Below are positions 1 to 14,748 of a stretch of 64,000 nt of DNA, piece by piece. The stretch is taken from assembly GCA_045159875.1 (NCBI GenBank), contig CP067995.1, positions 480,001-544,000 on the forward strand, given 5' to 3'. This DNA comes from a cyanobacterium endosymbiont of Rhopalodia gibba (GTDB taxonomy: Bacteria; Cyanobacteriota; Cyanobacteriia; Cyanobacteriales; Microcystaceae). Every line of letters begins with the position of its first letter. Position 1 is the stretch's first letter. The notes below the pieces were generated by a model that worked only from the letters and a program-made list of their open reading frames with translations, made no database searches and had not been told where the DNA came from. A program made the translations under genes and the position numbers.

Positions 1-559
1 AGTAGAGCAAACTGAGTTTTTAAAATTCTAATTAGATATATCTAAAGTCCTATGATATGGTATTAGGGATTTAAACTCAATTAAATCACAAACGATCACA
101 GTGAATATTGACTTTAAAATTAGCTTTAGGCAACACATACGACTATCAATCTGTTCGTAAGTTAAAGCAAGATTTGATTAACAAATCATCTAGGGACCAA
201 GGACACATTGCTAATAAACTATTTAAAAATTTATATCAATTAAGGACTTCAAAGAATTACTTGTCATCAACGGAATATAGACCCAAAATTAGTAAATATA
301 GCTATATTTAGTTGCTTTTAAAAACTCCCATTAATTTAAGCTCAGAAGGTAGACTAGTTTGGCTTGCTACTGTTTTTAAATAACTATTGCAGTCTTGATT
401 ATTAGCATTTTTTTATATAAATGTTGAACTATCCGTATTTTGACTTAGTTAAAACTCACATTATTTAATATACATCATCATTATAGATTAACATAAAAAA
501 AATATTGCAGTCTTTTATCTTGCCCAAACTTCTTCTTGAACTATCGTTGAATTGATTGA

Positions 560-1140
560 AAATTACCATGGCTTAAAATATAATAAAAAACCATCTATAA
601 ACCTTTAAAAAAATAAATTTGATTATTTATGTTTATTATACTCATTTTTTCTATTTAGAAGATACTAATGCTCAAGAAGTTGATCAAAATTATCCCGTCT
701 TCAAAAATATTCGTGGTCGCGTTCAAAAAACTTCAATAATTAGGGAAATATTTTGTCTAAGGGCTATTTTAGACCAGATTCTCAGGTAAGTTTTCAACCA
801 TCTCCCAATATCCCTATCCCTTATATCGCAAACTAAGAGACCTAGATTAATAATCAATTGCCCACCCAACTAAACCAAAATTAGAAGGTAAAGATAGATT
901 AGAAAATACAAGTCTGCTCAGGGGAAATAAATTAGTCTTGATGAGCGATTGCTTCGAAGCTTATTTAGTACTAGTTCAAAGATCAGCAAAACTGAAGTTG
1001 ATCGATAAGACTACTATAAGTATCGGTTATGATGGCAGTATATATTATTCATACATCAGTCTTAGTAAATAATTGATAGATAATAGGAGGTTGAAGTTAT
1101 AGAAGTCAATCTTACTAAGAAACAATTGACTTTTTCAATA
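560..1140 (+). pseudogene. mltA: Murein lytic transglycosylase A (MltA) remnant
   Basis: Manual translation of ~860-1040 gives AHPTKPKLEGKDRLENTSLLRGNKLVLMSDCFEAYLVLVQRSAKLKLIDKTTISIGYDG, matching cyanobacterial MltA (PHPTR..LEGKDGL..LQVQGSA..GYDG). Flanks carry stops and frameshifts; ends approximate. Confidence 0.7.
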
Positions 1141-1708
1141 AAAATTTAAAATAATAAAGCGGTTATTTACTTTTTCATAACTGCTTTGTTTTCTTCCGCT
1201 CAAGGCAGTAGCTGTGTTCCGGTGACGAACGAACGATGATATAAACGATACCACGTACTACTGATAAGTCTTTGATTCCGCCTAAAGCGTTGCCTTGCTC
1301 CAAACTTTCATTTCTTAATTGTAGAAAATAGGAAAATAATCATTAAATTAATCAACTGTTGTCTTTTAGCTTAAAATATAAAATATGGTCATTGAAAAGT
1401 CTGGACGAATAAGTACTTTTTTTTATAGGAGAGGAAGAACAACTGGCAATTGCGTGGGGTTAGTTAGTAATTGAGGAATACTTTTTTATTTGCCACCGAC
1501 TAAATACTAGCTTGAGTGAATAAATTTTGTTCATTTACCTTTTATTTTTCTCACTTTTGTAGACTGAATATAACAAAATTTATACAAAAAAAAGCTAAAT
1601 ATCAAGTTTTTGGAGTTATAGAATACAGTTATGATAAAAATTTTAGAAATTATTAGCGACTGAATTATTATCCATGATCTAGAAGAGCCATTTATCTTCG
1701 TATTTTGA

Positions 1709-3745
<2,037 letters not shown>

Positions 3746-4455
3746 AAGTATTGATGATAAGAATACAAAAAAACAATTTATTCTAAATATTTATCTCCAA
3801 ACAAATTTATAAAAATTATTTTATGTTTTTATAATTAAATAATTAGAGTTTTATTTAAATTACTTTGATTGATATTTTCTATTGTAACTTTTTTGACAAA
3901 AATAAATTCTAGCAGATTTAAAAAATCTGTATGATTTTTAATATATAAGTCAAAATATGAAGAAGTTAACGTTTATGTTAAATAGTAATCACCACAATCG
4001 GTACTATAATTTTTTTAAAAAATAGCAGTAGGCAAGGCAAACCTACCTTTCTAGCTTAAATCAAGAGAAAGTTTTTTACGTAACTGAATATAAGCCCTCA
4101 GTCGAAGAAAAAAGTGGACAAAACAGTTTAGTGTCTAGAATGTTCGATATAAAAAATATTATTAAGTCAGTTTTCCAACCATAATGTGTGATATTTTAGA
4201 TTTAAAGATTGATTATCTTAATTCTCTTCATTGGCTTTTTTATACTGGTTTAAAATCTGAGTCTTGAGCAGAAATCAACTAAAATACTTCTCAAGCCACC
4301 TATCAACACCCTTCAATTATAATTGAAAGAAATGAATAACCAACTTGTTGGTAGTAGGTATCTTAAGAGTTTTTAGATACAGTACTAGTCTAAGTGTCAT
4401 TGGAGGTTATGCTACAAATAATCTGATTCTTTGTAAAGTATGTTTGACAAGAACT

Positions 4456-4559
4456 GTAGGGTATATTACGTCATGCTAATACACTAGAAAAACCATCTTG
4501 GTACGTTGTGGAAAAAGAGAAATTGAGCAAAAAACTGTAGTTTACCTGACGCACCCTAC
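4456..4559. repeat. Degenerate REP/REPIN-like element (GTAGGGTG...CACCCTAC type)
   Basis: Left end gtagggtatatta and right end tgacgcaccctac form an imperfect inverted pair resembling GTAG-family cyanobacterial REP doublets. Confidence 0.45.
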
Positions 4560-4613
4560 TTATATTTCTTGTTTAATAAAAATCTCTAAGACAAAAGAAC
4601 CTAATATCAAGAT

Positions 4614-5351
4614 TTAGGACAGAATAGGCTGAAAAAATGCGATAACTTCTTTCCAAACTTCATCCGTTGCCACTGGATCAAACCGATAACCATCATCTCG
4701 CATAAAGGTATGATTGGCTTGATACTCCAAAATTTTATAGCGGATGTTCTGTTTTTCCAATGTTTGCCTAATAATAACTCTGCCATCTTCTGGAATATGA
4801 GAATCTAAAGTTCCGAAAATTAGTAAGGCTTCTCCTTGAAGATCTCCTATCCTTGCAAGGGTATTTGCCTTTTCTCGTCCCAACTTACCATTGTGAATTC
4901 CAGTAGGATAAACATAAACCGATGCCTTAACCAAAGGGTTGAACGCTGCACGACAAGCCAGATGTCCACCAATACAAAAACCCATTGTCCCAATTTGTTG
5001 AGAGGAAACGGCCTCGTAATTACTCAAAAAATCAATAAGAGCACAGGCATCGGAGTCAAACTCACTCATTGAGGTTTTTCGGGCTGCCTCATTTCCTTGA
5101 ATACGTCCAAGATCTGTTGGTTCAATGATAGTCCCCATAGGTAACTGACGGTAATATATCTCTGGGGCAGCCACCACAAAACCATAACCCGCTAAATGAT
5201 CGGCTAGTCGGATGATAGGACTTCCTAACTGATAAATGTCACTATAAAATAGAATTCCCGGGAAAGTTCCTTCCTGATCTGGACGAGCAATATAGACTCT
5301 CATTGCACTATCTTCTACAAGAAGGCTAACGTTTTGACGTTTGACCTGCAT
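4614..5351 (-). CDS. Dienelactone hydrolase family protein
   Basis: 245 aa; GFCIGG nucleophile motif, catalytic His in ANHTFMRD. Confidence 0.92.
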   Translation of the reverse strand: MQVKRQNVSLLVEDSAMRVYIARPDQEGTFPGILFYSDIYQLGSPIIRLADHLAGYGFVVAAPEIYYRQLPMGTIIEPTDLGRIQGNEAARKTSMSEFDSDACALIDFLSNYEAVSSQQIGTMGFCIGGHLACRAAFNPLVKASVYVYPTGIHNGKLGREKANTLARIGDLQGEALLIFGTLDSHIPEDGRVIIRQTLEKQNIRYKILEYQANHTFMRDDGYRFDPVATDEVWKEVIAFFQPILS

Positions 5352-5778
5352 ACTTCCAAAAATTAGGTTTTGCTATTACTATTTTAACGATTTATTTGAT
5401 CTTTAATGATTAAAAAACCTAAACAACAACAGTAACCTGATTTTAGTGGTTAAGAAAATTACCCTTGTGCTTGAGATTGTTTAGAGTTGCACTGAATTCT
5501 TGATTTAGATGCCTTGCTTTCTTTTATTTACTTTAAGGAGTCTAGACTGACTGCTACTATTGTGAGTTAGCACGACAGACATAAACTGGTAGAGAATGTT
5601 CTTCTTTGAACTTTTTGTTTAACCTTACAGGCTGTCTACTAGGAAAGTTTTTTTTGAACTTTAATTATTGATCTAGTATTTTAATTGACGAAAAATTAAT
5701 TTTTAATACTTAACCCTACCTCTAGAATGTCAAGTAAATTTTGTCCATATATTCGAGAATTTATGCCGTTTTTTTAGT

Positions 5779-6765
5779 CTAGCTTAAATAAAAATTAAGG
5801 GTAAAGCACAATAAAATCATTAATTGCGCGGTTAAAATTAGTATATAAATTGCTGCTTTAGGGCGTATTGTCATGAAAAGTAAGCTAAGACTTTTAAGAT
5901 TAATTAGAGAACTTAACAACAAAAAAACCAAGTTTGACCCATATAGAAACTTATTAGTCAGAGGATTGATAAAATAGGGGGTCCACAAAGAATTAAAGGA
6001 TAGAACTAAGCTAAAAAGAGACATTACTAGGATTTGAGTTACGGGAGTTTGCCCCCATGTTAGTAACTGTGCTTGAGGTAGAAAAACTTGAGCCATGGTA
6101 GTGATCACACATCCCAACAAGAGGATACTACCAAGTTCAAGGAATTCCTTAATAAGATTATCCAAAAACAAGGAGCATCGCCCCCAAAAATGCTCAGGAA
6201 TTGCTGAATTAGCTTTATATTCATAAATTAAACTCCCTGTCCTATGGAGAGTTGGGGCAGTATTACGCGAACGTAATAAAGTGCCTGAGTGAAGTAAAGT
6301 TGAGTACATTGTCAAGGGAGATAGATTTGTAGATTTTACAGACGGTTTATCGGCATAAGCACTAAAAATCAATCCCAAAATAATACCAATAAGCCAGGCT
6401 CCCAAAATTCGTAAGAAAAGAAGTCTTGGATAACTGCCAAGCACTCCCCAACTAACCCAAATCACAAAAGGATTAATAGTTGGGGAAGCTATTAAAAAAC
6501 TGATAGAGAGTGGAACAGAAGCACCTTGTAACAATAATCTCCGCGTTACAGGAATATTACCGTATTGTCCTACGGGAATCATTATTCCCAAACTACTGCC
6601 AACAATAGCTCCTAGAATCCGATTTTGCGGTAACTTGGCTACGAATTGATGTTCATCAACAAAAGCCAGCAAACCACTCGAAACAATAATTCCCCACAGA
6701 AGAAAAGGCAAGGATTTGAGAACATGACTAAGAAATAGAGTAACATCATAACTAAGTTCAGACAT
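5779..6765 (-). CDS. Predicted permease (DUF318/UPF0718 family)
   Basis: 328 aa multi-TM protein; PVGQYGNIPVTRRLL and SFLIASPTINP motifs. Confidence 0.8.
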   Translation of the reverse strand: MSELSYDVTLFLSHVLKSLPFLLWGIIVSSGLLAFVDEHQFVAKLPQNRILGAIVGSSLGIMIPVGQYGNIPVTRRLLLQGASVPLSISFLIASPTINPFVIWVSWGVLGSYPRLLFLRILGAWLIGIILGLIFSAYADKPSVKSTNLSPLTMYSTLLHSGTLLRSRNTAPTLHRTGSLIYEYKANSAIPEHFWGRCSLFLDNLIKEFLELGSILLLGCVITTMAQVFLPQAQLLTWGQTPVTQILVMSLFSLVLSFNSLWTPYFINPLTNKFLYGSNLVFLLLSSLINLKSLSLLFMTIRPKAAIYILILTAQLMILLCFTLNFYLS

Positions 6766-7105
6766 GGAAATATATCTCTAATTGATCTTGAGTAATAATG
6801 TAGATCGTTCACAGACAATCTACTCAGTACTTAACATTATCAGGCTTATTTTTGTTTGAATATCTACTTGTTACTAGATGGTTTCATATGAAAATATATA
6901 ACGATGTAACTAAAACAAGTAATCTAAAGACTTTTTCTCTCTTAGTATTTGTGGCATGTTGCTTTAAGCATGAGCAAAATTATTAATAGTAAATCTACTT
7001 TGATTCGTCGTTCATTAGTCTACTCTGACCGGTAAGATTCTTGTTTTAGTGTTTACGGTTTAATGTAATTTGAGCACGATAAAAGAATCAGTTTAGAGAA
7101 ATACT

Positions 7106-7553
7106 ATGGTTTTGTCCTTAGATTTTCAGTTGGTAAATGCGGCTCCCCAAGGTAATTTAGACGATGTTAAAGTCGTACTTGCTCAAGGCGCACGAGTCAA
7201 TGCTATTGATTTTTATCAGACAAGTGTGTTGATGTGTGCGGCACAAAGGGGCTTTGGTCAATCAGCAACGACCTCCATCAGGGATTAGTGCCTTGATGTT
7301 AGCAGCGGCGGCTGATAATTTAGACGTTGTTGAAGACTTAATTGAAACTGGTGCAGATGTTAATCATAATCAAACTAATGAAGATGGCAGTCCGGCTTTG
7401 ATGATTGCAGCAGATAAAGGACATTTAGCCATTGTTGAAATTTTAATAGCAACAGGGTCTGAAGTTAATCTTAAAGACAAAGATGGGGATACTGCCCTGA
7501 ATATAGCGATTAAAAACCATCATCAAGAAATTATCTTAGCCTTACTCAATTGA
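7106..7553 (+). pseudogene. Ankyrin-repeat protein, frameshifted and truncated
   Basis: Two overlapping ORFs with ankyrin repeats (SALMLAAA, GSPALMIAADKGH, DGDTALNIA) joined by a frameshift at ~7255. Confidence 0.8.
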
Positions 7554-7559
7554 GTTATT

Positions 7560-8440
7560 AATTCATCTTAACTTAGAAATGTTACTCGATGCTCACGCCT
7601 ATTTAGCTCCAATTTTAGTGATTTTAGCAGTGATAAATATTGTTTACAGTTGTCCTACTTTCTCTGCCAAATCTAATATGAAACGCCGTTTAGCTTATTC
7701 CTCTGTGTCTCATATGTCATTTGTATCACTAGGGATTGTCTTCTTCATAAATATTGGGAGTAGGGTAATGTTACAATCGATTTCTCACAGACTCGTTGCG
7801 GCGGCATTATTCTTCTTAGAAAGTGTAATCTATGATCGCACCTATACCATGATTCTTGAAGAAATGAAGAATATTAGTCTAGTAATGCTTAAAGTCTTTA
7901 CCTTGTTTGCCATTGACGCCATAACATATCCAGCTTGACCTGAAATGGGTGGCTTTACTAGTGACTTTTCAGTTTTTGTTGGTATTACTTATAATGGCAT
8001 TTAAAGCTTGATTTTCCGTACAGTTACAGTGTTTTTTTCTGCTGTAGGACTTATTTAAACTCCTGTTTATCTCCTTTTCTGTCTATGTTACGATAACTTC
8101 TCTATGGATCTAGATGGTATAGCTTATTTGTTGGTTAACCGAGAATCAATCTGTGAATGTGGATAAACAAAAAGCCGTTTATTTGAGTAATATTTGTGTT
8201 TTACTGATCAACACTCCAAATACAATGATGTCAAACTCCGTAAAATTTTAATTGCAAATCGTTTCTTGGCTTTAGCCATTGGAATTTGCTTTTCTCCTAA
8301 ACTCGTCTGTATGATATAAAGACAATTGCAGTTAATGATAAGGTTCGTCAATCCTATGGCCAAATGGCTAAAATTAATCCTAAGAGTTACAGAATTTTAT
8401 CCAAAATCCAACAAGTATCCGAATTCACCGTCTTGACTAA
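7560..8440 (+). pseudogene. ndhD: NAD(P)H-quinone oxidoreductase subunit 4 (NdhD, probably the NdhD2-type paralog), 3' half only
   Basis: KRRLAYSSVSHMSFV, LQSISHRLVAAALFFL, YDRT, then *PEMGGFTSDFSVFVG beyond the stop; the 5' half is missing. Confidence 0.85.
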
Positions 8441-8534
8441 CTTTAGTAAATTCTTTGAATCAACTTTGATTACGTCAAAAGTTTAACTATGATAGAGAGT
8501 GTTCTAGGCACTCCCTTTTTTTGCTTTTTCTATA

Positions 8535-9788
8535 CTAATTTCTAAGTAACAATCTGCGACGTAATCGATCTAAAGCAGCATAACTACTTAAAAATCGTAT
8601 GGCATCACGTTCATGGATTGTCCCAAACTGACATTTAAAACTCTCCACTCTTCCTTGATTATCAGCTAATCCAACATAAACCAATCCCACAGGCTTAATT
8701 TCTGTCCCTCCCCCAGGACCGGCAATTCCTGTAAGACTTATTCCCCAGGAAGTCCCTAACCGTTTTTTAACCCCTAGGGCCATTTGTTGCGCTACTGCCT
8801 CGCTAACAGCTCCATATTGTTCTAAATCTTTGGAATTAACCCCTAATAAATCGATTTTTACTTGATTTGTATAGGCAATAATTCCACCGAGAAAATAGTC
8901 AGAACTTCCTGAAACTGTGGTCAACATCGCACCTAAACCGCCTCCTGTACAAGATTCAGCAACACTTGCCGTTTCTCCTGCTTGCCTCAATAAATTTCCG
9001 ACTACCAAAGCTAAGGTATCATCATCTGACCCATAATAGTCTAACCCAGCTATTTTCTGTATTTTTTGGGCAATTGGTTCAATCAGCGCGATTGCCTCGG
9101 TTTCTGATCGAGTTTTTGCAGATATTCTTAAACGCACTTCCCCTAAAGAAGCATAGGGGGCTACTGTAGGATTAGATAATTCGAAGAAGTGAGCTACTTT
9201 GGCGGACAAATCTGATTCGCCAATGCCCCTAAAATATAACATTCGACTGTAAATAATTTCTTTACCCCAACCTTGGCTTTTAAGATAAGAAACGGCCGTT
9301 TCGCTCCACATACGCTTCATTTCCGAAGGGACCCCAGGAAAGGTCATTAAGGTTAAATTGGGACGAGGTTGCCACAAAAGGCCAGGGGCAGTTCCAGAAG
9401 GGTTAGGTAAAATACCAGCTCCTTTAGGAAGTAAAGCTTGTTTACGATTATTTTCTGCCATAGTTCGCCCCTGTGCAGCTAATTTTTGACTAATATCTCT
9501 AATAATTTCGGGATGTTCTACCAAGGGAGTCTCAAACACCTGCGCGATGGTTTCCGTAGTCAGATCATCAGGTGTTGGACCTAACCCTCCTGTAAACACT
9601 AAAATAGAAGCACGTTGACTAGCAATTTTAATAACATCTTGTAGACGGGTTAAATTATCACCAACAACGGTTTGATAAAAGTGAGGAATTCCTAAACTGG
9701 CAAGTTCTTTGGCTAAAAATTGAACATTGGTATTGAGGATATCTCCTAATAACAATTCTGTCCCCACACAAATAATTTCTGCACTCAT
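8535..9788 (-). CDS. cinA: CinA-like competence/damage-inducible protein (NMN deamidase fusion)
   Basis: MSAEIICVGTELLLG, GGLGPTPDDLT, AESCTGG motifs. Confidence 0.96.
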   Translation of the reverse strand: MSAEIICVGTELLLGDILNTNVQFLAKELASLGIPHFYQTVVGDNLTRLQDVIKIASQRASILVFTGGLGPTPDDLTTETIAQVFETPLVEHPEIIRDISQKLAAQGRTMAENNRKQALLPKGAGILPNPSGTAPGLLWQPRPNLTLMTFPGVPSEMKRMWSETAVSYLKSQGWGKEIIYSRMLYFRGIGESDLSAKVAHFFELSNPTVAPYASLGEVRLRISAKTRSETEAIALIEPIAQKIQKIAGLDYYGSDDDTLALVVGNLLRQAGETASVAESCTGGGLGAMLTTVSGSSDYFLGGIIAYTNQVKIDLLGVNSKDLEQYGAVSEAVAQQMALGVKKRLGTSWGISLTGIAGPGGGTEIKPVGLVYVGLADNQGRVESFKCQFGTIHERDAIRFLSSYAALDRLRRRLLLRN

Positions 9789-10085
9789 AACAATTTAACT
9801 TAAGTCCCTAAAAATTAATAAATATGATTCTTCTAGACTAGCTGTAACAAAAAAGTGACAAATAAAAGTTCAAAGTATTATTTTACAAGGTTTTCAGTAT
9901 TTTAAAAACTTTATCTCTGTAAAAAAAATGAGTTATAGGACACACCCCGAAGGAGAGTTTTGGAAGTTATTGGTTCCCAACTTATCATACTCAATCTAGA
10001 AGAGCCACAAATACTACATATGTTAATAACTAATAAAATAGCTAGCAATCATGCTTTCTTTTTGTCTGGTTTGTGAGATAGTTTA

Positions 10086-10610
10086 TTACCCAATTAACTC
10101 TACGGCATCCCTCCCGTCAGTCTCTTGCAGATAGACTTTAACCTGTTCTTGAGAAGCTGTGGGAAGTTTTTTTCCTGTAAAATCAGGATGAATAGGTAAT
10201 TCTCGATGGCCACGGTCCACTAAAACTAATAACCTAATGACTTCGGGTCGTCCGTATTCCGTCACCGCATTTAAGGCCGCTCGAATTGTTCGTCCTTTAT
10301 AAAGGACATCATCTACTAAGACCACCGTTTTTCCCGTTAAATCAAAAGGAATTTTAGTTTTAGCAGGAGTACGAGTTCTTATCCGATCGAGATCATCACG
10401 ATAAAATGTCACATCGACAGCTCCTACTGAGACTTTAACATCTTCTAACATCTCAATTTGCTGAGCGATCAGATAAGCTAGAGTCACCCCTCGGGTGTAA
10501 ATCCCCAAAAGTACTAACTCAGAGAGATCCCCCGATTTTTCAATAACTTGAGAAGCTAAACGGGTGATGATGCGGCGTATTTTTTCCGTAGTCAGTATTT
10601 TTTTGACCAT
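10086..10610 (-). CDS. pyrR: Pyrimidine regulatory protein / uracil phosphoribosyltransferase
   Basis: [17 protein letters not shown] and DRGHRELPI motifs; start moved to the ATG at 10610, which follows GGAGAGG. Confidence 0.95.
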   Translation of the reverse strand: MVKKILTTEKIRRIITRLASQVIEKSGDLSELVLLGIYTRGVTLAYLIAQQIEMLEDVKVSVGAVDVTFYRDDLDRIRTRTPAKTKIPFDLTGKTVVLVDDVLYKGRTIRAALNAVTEYGRPEVIRLLVLVDRGHRELPIHPDFTGKKLPTASQEQVKVYLQETDGRDAVELIG

Positions 10611-10817
10611 ACCCTCTCCCCTATATTTATCCTCCATTTTAGAAAATTACTTAAAGTCACTAAGTTAGTAGAAACTTAATCTTAAATCAACTTACTACAG
10701 AAGTTAGAATTTAATTCTACACCCCTGTTTATTAAGTTAGAAGTTTGTCGATTTCGCGGAAGTTAAAAGTCAGATGTTAAACTATTCCCTTATCTCCCAA
10801 TACTTCCTCCCTTAACT

Positions 10818-11690
10818 ATGTTCATCCCCCAACTCACTGATGACGGTTCGTATACCTTCTTTTCTGAGGAATTTGAAGAACTATTCCATTCCCATTCTGG
10901 AGCAAAACTCGAGGCAGAACAAAAATTTGTCGACCCTTGTCAACTCAAAGAGAAAGCAAAACGTCACAAGTCATTGAAAATTCTCGATATTTGCTATGGA
11001 CTCGGGTACAATAGTGCAGCAGCTTTAGAGGGAATTTGGTCAATTAATCGGAAATGTCACATCGAATTAATTGCTCTAGAATCTGACGTTGATGTTCCTT
11101 ATCAGTCCGGTGTTTACCATTTACTTAAACAATGGCCTTCTTTTATTGAAGACTCCCTAACACAACTCGCCAAAAATCATGAGATACAAATACCAAGATT
11201 AAGAGCTAACCTATTGATAGGAGATGCTCGAAATACTATCCAGATTCTTTACCAGTCTGGTTTTAAAGCCGACGCTATTTTTCTTGACCCTTTTTCTCCT
11301 CCAAAATGTCCCCAATTATGGACTCTAGAATTTATTAAACTTGTATCAGGGTGTTTACAATCGCAAGGGAGGTTGGGAACCTATTCAAGTGCTGCCGCAG
11401 TGAGAACCGCTTTACAGTTAGCTGGGTTAACTGTGTCCCCCACCAAGGGGGTGGGGCGGCGGTCGCCTGGAACTGTAGCAAGTTTCAATTATCAAGACTT
11501 ATGTCCTTTGTCTTTAGAAGAACGAGAACACTTAAAAACTCGTGCCGCTATTCCTTATCGCGACCCGAGTCTTCGAGATTCTGCTATAGTAATTAGTCAA
11601 CGACGACGTACAGAACAAATCAGTAGTGACTTAGAACCGACAAGTCGTTGGAAAAAACGATGGAAAAAGTTAGTGCCAAACTTACAGTGA
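10818..11690 (+). CDS. MnmC/MnmD-like SAM-dependent tRNA methyltransferase
   Basis: T.DGSYT..S..F.E.FHS, ILDICYGLGYN, DAIFLDPFSP..CPQLW motifs. Confidence 0.85.
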   Translation: MFIPQLTDDGSYTFFSEEFEELFHSHSGAKLEAEQKFVDPCQLKEKAKRHKSLKILDICYGLGYNSAAALEGIWSINRKCHIELIALESDVDVPYQSGVYHLLKQWPSFIEDSLTQLAKNHEIQIPRLRANLLIGDARNTIQILYQSGFKADAIFLDPFSPPKCPQLWTLEFIKLVSGCLQSQGRLGTYSSAAAVRTALQLAGLTVSPTKGVGRRSPGTVASFNYQDLCPLSLEEREHLKTRAAIPYRDPSLRDSAIVISQRRRTEQISSDLEPTSRWKKRWKKLVPNLQ

Positions 11691-12577
11691 TTTAATTAAT
11701 AGCGCTCTCAAATTTCTGTGGAGTTCCAGTGAAAAATTTTAAGGAAATTAATTATCTTTTTAAAGATGCTAGAAAGTCAATTTAAATGATATGGTAATGG
11801 TAAATATTTTTACCTAAGTTTCAGTTTAATACTGAATTCGGCTAAAAGATATAAATGTCTTATATTTAGTTAGATCGGTCCCAAATTTTATGAGATGAGA
11901 TTAAGGATTTAAACTAAATTAAACAGTATACGATTGCGGTGAATATTGGTTTTTAAGTTAACTCCATGCAACACGGATATCGTAAATTTGTTCGTGAGTT
12001 AACGCAAGATTTAATTTATAAATTATTTATAGACCACGGATATATTGTTGAATATCTCTTGAAAAGATTATCTCAAACAAGTACTTTAATTAATTGTTTT
12101 TATTTGATAAAATATAAAGTAAAAACGATAAATTATAATGATATTTTTTTACGTAAAAACTTTTTTTGTTGAAACATTTAACCATTACAAATATCTCTTG
12201 AAAATTTACATTTAATGCATTTAAATAATTTTTTTGTTGCTTTTTTCCCGGGATGAAGATTTCTTCTCATTAACGAAGCTTTTTTAAAATTTAAATAGGT
12301 AAAAATATTGGCTATTTTTTACTATCGTTTTACAACAAATATTATAGGATTAACCATTTGCAGTCTTTATCTAATAAAATTATTAACTATATCGTATTCT
12401 TGCTTAAACATTGAGGATAATAACTGTCTTTTAAAATCTCGTCAAACTCGCGTTTACTTATATTGTCGTCTTTAATCATTTAGTAATTTATTAGCAAAGC
12501 TTTATCTAGAATAATCGCAAAGTCTAATTTTGGCAAAAAAGTTACTCTCATCTGAGAATCAATCTAGCAAAAAAACT

Positions 12578-13320
12578 TTAGTAACCGTTAACTGTAGCCA
12601 TATTCAATTTAAAAATATCCAAGCTTGATCTTTGATAAAGATGAGATTCTAGACGAACCTCAAAATTATTTTCGGGCATTAGGTATTTGCCATGCCCGTT
12701 TAATCGATGCTAGAATTCCATAGCTTGGTGATTTCTTATTCGTGGTCTTTGGTATCCAAAATTATATCTTTAACTCCACTGGACTGATGGCTGTCAGCTT
12801 CAATTGTCAAGAAAACAAAATTGCTGTTGTTACTTAATTTTGCAGAAACCTGACCAAGTTAGTTTCAATTTATAGAAATATCCCAGAGTTTCTTTTTCAA
12901 AAAGCTGATCAATCTTTACCTAAAAAATCTCTTAATCCTAACCTATTTACAGAAAGCTCAGAAAGAATTAAAGTTCTCTAATAGACTGGTCTAAAATTAG
13001 TAATTTTATTAGCGTATTCTATCTATAACATAGAAACCTTTATCAAGGTTTATAAAACATCTAGATATATTCAATTAATGCTAGGTTCAAGTAAAATCTA
13101 AACCAAACCTAATCTCCAATCATTTATCCAAGCTTGTCAATGTTTGAAAATTTATCCTACTTTTACTTTAATAATAGAAGATTATGACGGTTATATTACT
13201 ATGGACCAGCAAGGAGACGCTGCCGGAACTATTGGAATCTTTCGGAATAATTACCAAGCTAGTCATTTAAAAAAGGCATATATTACTATCCTCGAACTTA
13301 ATTAAATTCAATTATCCTAA
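12578..13320 (+). pseudogene. HAD-family hydrolase remnant upstream of metK
   Basis: Fragments FKNIQA-IFDKDEILDEPQNYFRALGICHARLIDARIP* and FGIQNYIFNSTGLMAV match the cyanobacterial HAD hydrolase often found upstream of metK. Confidence 0.75.
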
Positions 13321-13399
13321 TTAGTAAATTCTCATGTATAGTTGTAGACTATAAAACGTCATCTTTATCATTATTGTTGCTAAAAGAGGGTAAGTAAAA

Positions 13400-14668
13400 T
13401 TGTCTTGTCGTTATCTGTTTACTTCCGAATCTGTAACCGAAGGTCACCCTGATAAAATCTGCGACCAGATTTCAGATGCTATTCTAGATGCTTTGCTTAA
13501 CCATGATGATCGCAGTCGCGTAGCGGCAGAAGTGGTCGTTAACACAGGCTTAGTTTTAATTACTGGGGAAATTACCTCCAAAGCTCATGTTGATTTTGTC
13601 GAGTTAGCTCGTAAGAAAATCACTGAAATTGGCTATACTGATGCTAGCAATGGTTTTTCTGCTGATAGTTGTTCCGTTTTAGTTGCTGTAGACGAACAGT
13701 CTCCTGATATTGCCCAAGGAGTAACGGAAGCTCATGAACAGAGACAATCTCTTAGTAGTGACGAATTAGATAGCATTGGAGCTGGAGATCAGGGGTTAAT
13801 GTTTGGGTTTGCTTGTAATGAAACCTCTGAATTAATGCCTTTACCAATTAGTCTAGCCCATCGGATCTCTCGTCGCTTAGCTGCGGTACGTAAAATGAGA
13901 GAACTATCTTATTTACGTCCTGATGGTAAAACCCAGGTATCAATTATCTATGAAAATGGAAAACCTGTGGGGATTGACACCATTCTTGTTTCCACTCAAC
14001 ATACTGAAAATATTGACTTGATCACAGACAACGATAAGGTTCAAAAAAAGATTAAATCCGATCTGTGGGAAGCTGTCATTCTACCTGTCTTAAACGATAT
14101 TCAGATTAAACCTAGTAAAGACCTCCATTTTTTAGTTAACCCGACGGGTAAGTTTGTTATTGGAGGTCCTCAAGGAGATGCTGGATTAACGGGACGTAAG
14201 ATCATTGTTGATACCTATGGCGGTTACTCTCGTCACGGTGGCGGTGCTTTCTCTGGTAAGGATCCGACCAAAGTAGATCGCTCTGCGGCCTATGCTTGTC
14301 GTTATGTGGCTAAAAATATCGTCGCTGCTGGTTTGGCAGATAAGTGTGAAGTTCAAGTGAGTTATGCTATCGGAGTTGCTCGCCCTGTGAGCATCCTCGT
14401 GGATACTTTTGGCACAGCTAAAGTTGATGAAGATAAACTTCTTGATGTAGTTAAAGAACATTTTGAATTACGTCCTGCAGGCATTCTTCAATATTTCGGA
14501 CTGCGAGAATTTCCTTCACAACGAGGCGGTCGTTTCTATCAAGATGTAGCAGTTTATGGACATTTTGGACGAACTGATCTTGATTTGCCTTGGGAAGCGA
14601 CTGATAAAGTTGCTTTACTCAAAGATATTTTTGCTAGTTCTCTATCAGGGATGACAGTTGGGATTTAA
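13400..14668 (+). CDS. metK: S-adenosylmethionine synthetase
   Basis: [28 protein letters not shown] motifs. Confidence 0.99.
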   Translation: MSCRYLFTSESVTEGHPDKICDQISDAILDALLNHDDRSRVAAEVVVNTGLVLITGEITSKAHVDFVELARKKITEIGYTDASNGFSADSCSVLVAVDEQSPDIAQGVTEAHEQRQSLSSDELDSIGAGDQGLMFGFACNETSELMPLPISLAHRISRRLAAVRKMRELSYLRPDGKTQVSIIYENGKPVGIDTILVSTQHTENIDLITDNDKVQKKIKSDLWEAVILPVLNDIQIKPSKDLHFLVNPTGKFVIGGPQGDAGLTGRKIIVDTYGGYSRHGGGAFSGKDPTKVDRSAAYACRYVAKNIVAAGLADKCEVQVSYAIGVARPVSILVDTFGTAKVDEDKLLDVVKEHFELRPAGILQYFGLREFPSQRGGRFYQDVAVYGHFGRTDLDLPWEATDKVALLKDIFASSLSGMTVGI

Positions 14669-14748
14669 ATTAAGTTCAATTTCGTCAATAGTGATTTAGA
14701 GAAAAGGGTACAATGATTCTTTTCTCTTTTTAATCCAACCTAGTTGGC

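Noticed and set aside
1170..1315. GC-richer minus-strand stretch giving GGIKDLSVVRGIVYIIVR, vaguely like ribosomal protein S12 or L36
   Set aside because: Similarity is too weak, and no frame gives a consistent start with an open reading; left unassigned.
11700..12570. AT-rich gaps here and at 16400-17100, 20700-21700, 25250-25900, 30200-30700 and 47800-48900
   Set aside because: Probably older pseudogene debris, but I could not identify any family.
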